DNA of 63,972 nucleotides, the filler included, from an uncultured bacterium (lineage in GTDB: Bacteria; Latescibacterota; UBA2968), in NCBI GenBank assembly GCA_964471275.1. It is 4 parts of 4 records of this genome, joined end to end, with 100 filler letters (N's around TTAATTAATTAA, not from the genome) between each part and the next. Parts side by side here need not be neighbours in the genome. Positions count along the whole stretch, not along the records: positions 54,200 to 63,972 come from CAYYGZ010000179.1; 3 more parts are not named here. One strand, 5' to 3'. The notes under the pieces are model-generated. The model did no database searches and was not told where the DNA came from. It saw nothing but the letters and a program-made list of their open reading frames with translations. The position numbers and the translations under genes were made by a program. Shown here piece by piece: positions 58,389 to 63,972 of the stretch (positions are counted from its first letter, which is position 1; each line of letters opens with the position of its first letter).

Positions 58389-59348
58389 TCAGGCAACTCG
58401 GTTCTGCGGTTCCCCCGACAGATATGCGAGCACATTATCCACCGCTCCCCCATTCAGCAGATCAACTCCCTCCGGTGTCATATCCGCGCAGTGCGGTGTC
58501 AGGACAACGTGATCGCACGCAAACAGGGGGTGATCGGCAAGTGTCGGCTCCTCCTCAAACACGTCAATCCCAGCTCCCATCAGATGGCCCGAATCGAGTG
58601 CCTGCACCAACGCATCCGTATCGGCGACCGCACCTCGAGCGCCGTTCAGAAAGATGCTGTTCGGTTTCATCATCGCGAACTGTTCCGTGCCGATCAGGTG
58701 CGTGCTGTCCTCCGTCAATCTTACGTGCACGCTGATCACATCCGATTCCGCCAGTAACTCATCCATCGATTTGAACGTAACACCCAGCGCCTTCGCTCGC
58801 TCATCCGTTGGATTATACGTCCACGCAATCACCTCCATACCGATCGCGCGACCGAGCCTCGCCATCTCTGCGCCGATGGCGCCCGTGCCGATGATCCCGA
58901 GCGTCTTCCCCTGAAGCACCACGTTATCGTGCCGGGGCCAGCCGCCCTTCTTCATCTCGGCCGTCAAGTACGCCGCGCGCTTCGACACGGCAAACATCAG
59001 CCCAAAAACGTGCTCCGCCACAACGGGGGCTGTGCGTCCCGGCTGATTGCTGATGATGACATCGTGCGCCCGGGCCGCCTCGAGATCGAACATATCGGTA
59101 CCGATCGAGCACGATGTGATCATCTTCAGATCCGGAAGCTGAGCAAAATCGTCCGCTCCCCAGGTAACCGCGCCCCGTGTGTTCATGATGACCTGTGCGT
59201 CCTGAACACGCGATATTTTATCCGCGGCATCGGTTGGCCGATCCGTATGGATCACCACCTCTCCCTTGCCCGTGAGTCGGTCGAGATGTGGTGAATCCTG
59301 TATCTGCGGCGGATCATCTCCTGGTACCACAATCTTCACATCTGCCAT
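58389..59348 (-). CDS. D-isomer-specific 2-hydroxyacid dehydrogenase
   Basis: VAEH, LGIIGTGAIG, NGARG, DVFEEEP, LTPH. Confidence 0.92.
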   Translation of the reverse strand: MADVKIVVPGDDPPQIQDSPHLDRLTGKGEVVIHTDRPTDAADKISRVQDAQVIMNTRGAVTWGADDFAQLPDLKMITSCSIGTDMFDLEAARAHDVIISNQPGRTAPVVAEHVFGLMFAVSKRAAYLTAEMKKGGWPRHDNVVLQGKTLGIIGTGAIGAEMARLGRAIGMEVIAWTYNPTDERAKALGVTFKSMDELLAESDVISVHVRLTEDSTHLIGTEQFAMMKPNSIFLNGARGAVADTDALVQALDSGHLMGAGIDVFEEEPTLADHPLFACDHVVLTPHCADMTPEGVDLLNGGAVDNVLAYLSGEPQNRVA

Positions 59349-59596
59349 CCATCCTCCTCCAGTATACTCGGTCCGAACTCCAGAAGGAGCTCTTGTTTCG
59401 GTATGATTCTGGCCAAACTCTGAGTGGAAAAATCTTTCACCGCAGAGGACACAGAGAACGCAGAGAAGACCGAGGTTTGGGGGAAGAATGCGAAGCCAAG
59501 ACTCAGGACCGTAGACTGAGAATCAACTCGGTTGGAGTCGGTCTCTCCCGGTCATGCTCATGTTCTCAGTATCTTCGACAGTGGAACATTGCCGGA

Positions 59597-60769
59597 TCAG
59601 GGCTCTATCTCAGCCCTGATCTTCTCTAACAGAAAGTCGATCTCCTCTTCCAGAAGGAAGAACGGCACACTTGCCCGCATCCCCTTCCGGGACGCATGAA
59701 CTGCTTTGATCACGATATGGTACCGTTCGCGCAGACGATCCCGCAGGTCTTCGGGCGACCTGTCGCCAATCCCGAAGCTGACCAGAGCCGCTGAACTCGC
59801 GTCTGATCCCGGTGTCTGCAGCTGCAGATGCGGAGAGGCGGCTACTCCGTCCTTCAGCCGACACGTCAGCTCCCGGGTGCGTGTCCAGATCCGGGCGACG
59901 CCGATATCCTCCAGGAAGTCCAGGGATCTCGCCCAGGCGTGTACCAGCGGCCACGACCAGGGACCGAACTGATAGCGCTCCGCCCCCGGCTTGAATTCGA
60001 ATTCATGTGCATGCCAGTCCAATCGAGATTCTGAACGGCCACCCGCATAGGTGACTGCGACCTGTTCGGCTTCCGGCTCCCTGACAAACAGCAGACCTGC
60101 TGCATAGGGTCCATACATCCACTTATATGACAATATGCCTGCAAAATCGCATCCCATCTCCATCAGGTCCTGCGCGTAGAGACCACCGGAGTGTGCGAGA
60201 TCCACAAAGGACAGTGCGCCCCTCGATCTTGCGGCAGCACAGATCTCGCCCGCTGGCAGTCTGGCCCCGATATCCGTCGTCACGTGGCTGAAGGCGACGA
60301 GTCTTGTCCGCCCCGTCATCGCCTGCTCAAACAACGACAGCTGCTGATCGGCGGTCTCCGCGATCGGTACTGTCACCACTTCCACACCGCGTCGATCACT
60401 CACGTGGAGGGACGCCAGGTAGATCGCAGCTTCCTCTTCTGCCGTAATCAGAATCTGATCACCCGGATTCCAGTCCATCCCGCGAATCACCGTCTGGTAC
60501 GCCTCGCTAACACCACGCATCAGGGCAACCTGTGACTTCCCTACCCCAAAGAACCGGGCGATGCGGGTGATCGATGCCTCCCTGCGTGGATACTCTTCCT
60601 CAGGATAGGCGATATGCATCGGACCGCGATCACTCAATTCGGCCATCAGCTCGGCGTGGTAATCCGCCACCGATCGCGGCGTGATGCTGACGCCACCGTT
60701 CTGAAACCAGACAAAGGTGTCCAGGGGTGGGAACTGATCACGAATCGTCCGAACGTCCCGTTCAGTCAT
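59597..60769 (-). CDS. PLP-dependent aminotransferase class V fold enzyme
   Basis: FSHVTT, VDLAHS, SYKWMYGP (PLP Lys), MRASV; no obvious desulfurase catalytic Cys. Confidence 0.85.
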   Translation of the reverse strand: MTERDVRTIRDQFPPLDTFVWFQNGGVSITPRSVADYHAELMAELSDRGPMHIAYPEEEYPRREASITRIARFFGVGKSQVALMRGVSEAYQTVIRGMDWNPGDQILITAEEEAAIYLASLHVSDRRGVEVVTVPIAETADQQLSLFEQAMTGRTRLVAFSHVTTDIGARLPAGEICAAARSRGALSFVDLAHSGGLYAQDLMEMGCDFAGILSYKWMYGPYAAGLLFVREPEAEQVAVTYAGGRSESRLDWHAHEFEFKPGAERYQFGPWSWPLVHAWARSLDFLEDIGVARIWTRTRELTCRLKDGVAASPHLQLQTPGSDASSAALVSFGIGDRSPEDLRDRLRERYHIVIKAVHASRKGMRASVPFFLLEEEIDFLLEKIRAEIEP

Positions 60770-62657
60770 CGAATGAAACCTCGACAGTGCTGACAACCCC
60801 GCGTCGATCGTGATGGTTGACGGATCTCGCCTGCAGAATGGATCCGTCACGCTCCGGCGACCAGATGAATACATCCGCCACCGTCTCCCAGGCCTCACCG
60901 TCAGATGACCGCTCAAAGCAAGCCAGGTTGGGTGTCGCCGATTCCAGCTGCACACCAATGTCGCCACCCAGATCGCTCTCAATCAGATGGATGTAGGTCT
61001 CGTTCACGGACCAATAGAGATCGTCACTCCTGCACGTGTGGTTGGTGAACCAGGGAAGTGCCTCGGTCTTCTCGTCTTCCCAGAAGAGGTAGCCATCGTA
61101 GTGGTAGGACCCTCTGCCGTGTTCGGATTCCCCGGGCTCGAGCGAACGAAGCTCATCGTTCCGCAACGAGATCATGAACCGTTCGAACAGGCGTAGCCGG
61201 TCTTCCACCTTGTAGCGGCCTTTTGTCGCGGGCGGGGGCTGCGGCGTCACCTTCACATCGTCATACTGGTCGTTCACCCAGGCTTCATGACATTCACCGG
61301 CTGAAAGCGGAACGCCATCCCGTTCAAAGTGGTAGACAAACTTCGTCTCGTCGTTGTTGTCGCCTCCCACATCCATCGCCACCCATTTCTGATGATCCGT
61401 CGACCACACCTCGTTGATGCAATGGCTTCGCATGATCTGCGTTCTGGCGCTCAACCCCAGAGCCGCACAGCACTGTGACATCACCGTTGCGTAGTGCGTG
61501 CACATCCCAAGACTGAGTTTCCGGCTCGTCAGCTCCAGGATGAGCATCGCATCCCAGGGCGGACAGAAATCGACCCCACCCATATCCCACCCGTCTTCCC
61601 ACCGGTTACGGACCCACTGGCGAAGCTGCAGATAGGCGTCAAACTCCGTCGGTGCCCCCCGCACGACATCCTCCAGATGCCATCGATCTCGCAGCCGCTC
61701 GGCTCGGGACTCATCGTGCAGAGCGTGAGCGAAACGATAGGAACTGCGTCGGAGAAGCGCCTGGGACCGTCGCACCGTCCGCGCTGACCCCTCTGCATCG
61801 ACGACAACCCTCACCACAACCTGCTTCACAACCGGTGTGAGATTCGGGTCTGCGGTAGTCAACTCCAGACGCCACTGCGCAAACCGAGCACATCCGGCAG
61901 CACCGGACGCCACGTCCGTCCAGACCGACCAGGATTCAGGTGAATACTCCGGAGTCGACCCGGATCGCGCGGTAAGCTTCACCTCACATCCTTCGGGAGT
62001 TTCACTATCGAATCCGAAGCTCACCGAGGAGGGCACCGAGACAGCCATATCACGCTCGGGGTCTCGACATAGATCGAAAACCTCCGATTCCGCCGAGCCA
62101 ACCAGCGGATACTGGTCTAGCCACAAGCGGACCATATACTCTCCGTCACAACCGTTGTTCCAACCGAGGTCCTCGCTTCGCCAGGTCCTGCCGCCATCCT
62201 CACTGACCGCGCTCCGGTTGGGCAGCCGGCTCGATTCGATCAGAAGGCTCCACTCCGAGTTATCGCACGCGCGGAAACAGACGTCATTGTCTCCCTCGGT
62301 CAACCAGCTGACGGGAATCTCGAGTGTTGTCCACCGGTCCGTCCAGTAGGGACGATCTTCCTTCCACTCGTGGATCACGGGGTGACCGTTTACCAAAATC
62401 TCCAACTGCCCACCGGCGCGGTCACACGCCAGGTAAGGACAGAGCCTAGCCGTCTCACCTGCGAGCAGACCCAGGCGGAAAGTCTTCCGCGCGAGACGCA
62501 TCCCTGCGATCGGCTCACGATCGCGGTCATTGCACTTCCCAAGTTCGTCAGCGACGGTCAGACCCCGCCGGAGGGCCAAGCCCTTCTCATCACGATGCAG
62601 CTGTTTACCCGTGGCGCGCTCAAAGCCGGTTCCGCACCAGATCTGTTCAGCTTTCAC
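60762..62657 (-). CDS. Transglutaminase-like domain protein
   Basis: [21 protein letters not shown] (Cys-His-Asp triad). Confidence 0.7.
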   Translation of the reverse strand: MKAEQIWCGTGFERATGKQLHRDEKGLALRRGLTVADELGKCNDRDREPIAGMRLARKTFRLGLLAGETARLCPYLACDRAGGQLEILVNGHPVIHEWKEDRPYWTDRWTTLEIPVSWLTEGDNDVCFRACDNSEWSLLIESSRLPNRSAVSEDGGRTWRSEDLGWNNGCDGEYMVRLWLDQYPLVGSAESEVFDLCRDPERDMAVSVPSSVSFGFDSETPEGCEVKLTARSGSTPEYSPESWSVWTDVASGAAGCARFAQWRLELTTADPNLTPVVKQVVVRVVVDAEGSARTVRRSQALLRRSSYRFAHALHDESRAERLRDRWHLEDVVRGAPTEFDAYLQLRQWVRNRWEDGWDMGGVDFCPPWDAMLILELTSRKLSLGMCTHYATVMSQCCAALGLSARTQIMRSHCINEVWSTDHQKWVAMDVGGDNNDETKFVYHFERDGVPLSAGECHEAWVNDQYDDVKVTPQPPPATKGRYKVEDRLRLFERFMISLRNDELRSLEPGESEHGRGSYHYDGYLFWEDEKTEALPWFTNHTCRSDDLYWSVNETYIHLIESDLGGDIGVQLESATPNLACFERSSDGEAWETVADVFIWSPERDGSILQARSVNHHDRRGVVSTVEVSFDD

Positions 62658-62766
62658 TGTGTCACTCCTGATTTCAGCCCAAGTTGTCCTGCACCAGAGC
62701 GATATGTATATTCAAGCCTCCTGGACACCAACGCAATCGCTCTTTCTTCCGCTTAAGGAGATACCC

Positions 62767-63972
62767 GTGGCAGCAGAACGCTTCGCCCGAGTGGGACACT
62801 TCAAGACCGTTGAGGAATTCCGTGCACATCTCGACAGCCTGGGTGTCGAACTTCCTCTCGATGACGCCATTGAGACAGCACCCGAGTCCCCCCTGGCACA
62901 GTCGTATGACCACAAAGGCTTCACGATCGGTAACCGATTCTGCATCCATCCAATGGAAGGATGGGACGGCGAAACAGACGGTAACCCGACGGAGTACACG
63001 ATTCGGCGATGGCAGAATTTCGGATTGAGCGGAGCCAAGCTGATCTGGGGAGGCGAGGCGGTCGCGGTCCGACCCGAAGGCAGGGCCAACCCGAACCAGC
63101 TGTATGCCGCCGAGCATTCGAAGGCGGGCATCGGCAGGCTGCGGGAGGAACTGGTCAAGGCGCACAAGGAGAACATCGGGAATACGGATGATCTTTACGT
63201 CGGTCTCCAACTGACCCATTCCGGTCGGTTCTGTCGACCCAATGACAAAGCGAAACTTGAACCGCGGATCCTGTATCGACACCCGATTCTGGACGCAAAG
63301 TTTCACATCGATTCAGATGACCCGATCCTGTCGGATGACGAGCTAAAGGAACTGATCGAAGACTATGTCCGAGCCGCGAAGATGGCGCATGACATAGGTT
63401 ACCATTTTGTTGACATCAAGCACTGCCACGGTTACCTGGGTCACGAGTTCCTGAGCGCCTTCACACGCCCCGGCCCCTACGGCGGAGCATTCGAGAATCG
63501 TACGCGCTTCCTGCGTGAGATCGTCGAGGGCATCCGCGCCAACTGTCCGGGGCTGGACATCGGTATCCGGCTGAGTGCGTTCGACTTCGTGCCCTTCCGG
63601 CCAGACCCCGAGAAAGGTGACGGGCGTCGGTTGGGTCCCGGTATCCCGGAGCCGTTTGAAGATCACCTGCCATACAATTACGGCTTCAGCACAAACCAGG
63701 ATAACCCGACTGAACCGGATACGGCCGATGCGTGTGAATTCATCGACCTGCTCAAGGAATTGGACATCACGCTGGTCAACCTGTCGGCAGGCAGTCCGTA
63801 CTACAACCCGCACATCCAGCGTCCCGCATACTATCCCCCGTCAGACGGCTATCAGCCTCCGGTCGATCCGCTCATCGACGTGGCACGGCAGATCGAATTC
63901 GTCGGCAAGATCAAACTTCGCTTCCCCGATGTCTGTCTCGTAGGAACCGCCTACTCCTACCTGCAGGAGTAT
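62767..63972 (+). CDS. NADH:flavin oxidoreductase (Old Yellow Enzyme family), runs off window
   Basis: Manual translation from GTG after [52 protein letters not shown]; no stop before window end. Confidence 0.9.
   Translation, partial: MAAERFARVGHFKTVEEFRAHLDSLGVELPLDDAIETAPESPLAQSYDHKGFTIGNRFCIHPMEGWDGETDGNPTEYTIRRWQNFGLSGAKLIWGGEAVAVRPEGRANPNQLYAAEHSKAGIGRLREELVKAHKENIGNTDDLYVGLQLTHSGRFCRPNDKAKLEPRILYRHPILDAKFHIDSDDPILSDDELKELIEDYVRAAKMAHDIGYHFVDIKHCHGYLGHEFLSAFTRPGPYGGAFENRTRFLREIVEGIRANCPGLDIGIRLSAFDFVPFRPDPEKGDGRRLGPGIPEPFEDHLPYNYGFSTNQDNPTEPDTADACEFIDLLKELDITLVNLSAGSPYYNPHIQRPAYYPPSDGYQPPVDPLIDVARQIEFVGKIKLRFPDVCLVGTAYSYLQEY

Noticed and set aside
59436..59470. CACCGCAGAGGACACAGAGAACGCAGAG repeat-like motif
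   Set aside because: Single low-complexity instance in the window; cannot support a repeat family or function
1..63972. CRISPR arrays, rRNA/tRNA genes, transposases, prophage or defence genes
   Set aside because: None recognised by eye; tRNAscan and Infernal were not run

Overview
Bacterial draft-genome sequence (GC-rich). It consists of four contig pieces joined by artificial 100-bp N/TTAATTAATTAA linkers (18048-18147, 36131-36230, 54100-54199), so gene linkage only holds within a piece. PorV/T9SS genes, DFxxF dockerin-like repeats, sulfatases, BMC genes and a heparinase suggest an FCB-group organism such as Ca. Latescibacterota (inference). Piece 1 has a minus-strand operon (Trm112-like, YyaL-like, RmlD, S41 protease, ABC permease/ATPase) and a 10-kb outer-membrane operon: PorV, a T9SS cargo whose M6 protease site has lost its catalytic residues, a metallo/PD40/Omp85-like protein, two paralogous membrane proteins and a metallopeptidase with a dockerin-like tail. 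Piece 2 is catabolic and holds the most striking feature: translationally coupled genes for a 2-domain and a 4-domain BMC shell protein (2+4 = six different BMC domains, one hexamer's worth) followed by a DHDPS-family aldolase with an EutQ-N-like extension. These are flanked by an aldehyde:ferredoxin oxidoreductase, sulfatases, a heparinase II/III-like protein and a Gfo/Idh/MocA enzyme. Piece 3 is mostly housekeeping (dnaE, rodA-mrdA-mreD, mltD-like, SPOR, mtnA, rsfS, carA, pyrC, fused ECF ATPase, LarA-like, Fe-ADH). Piece 4 has an orphan flgC, two decayed genes and several catabolic enzymes. All family calls are from motif recognition by eye; no searches were run.
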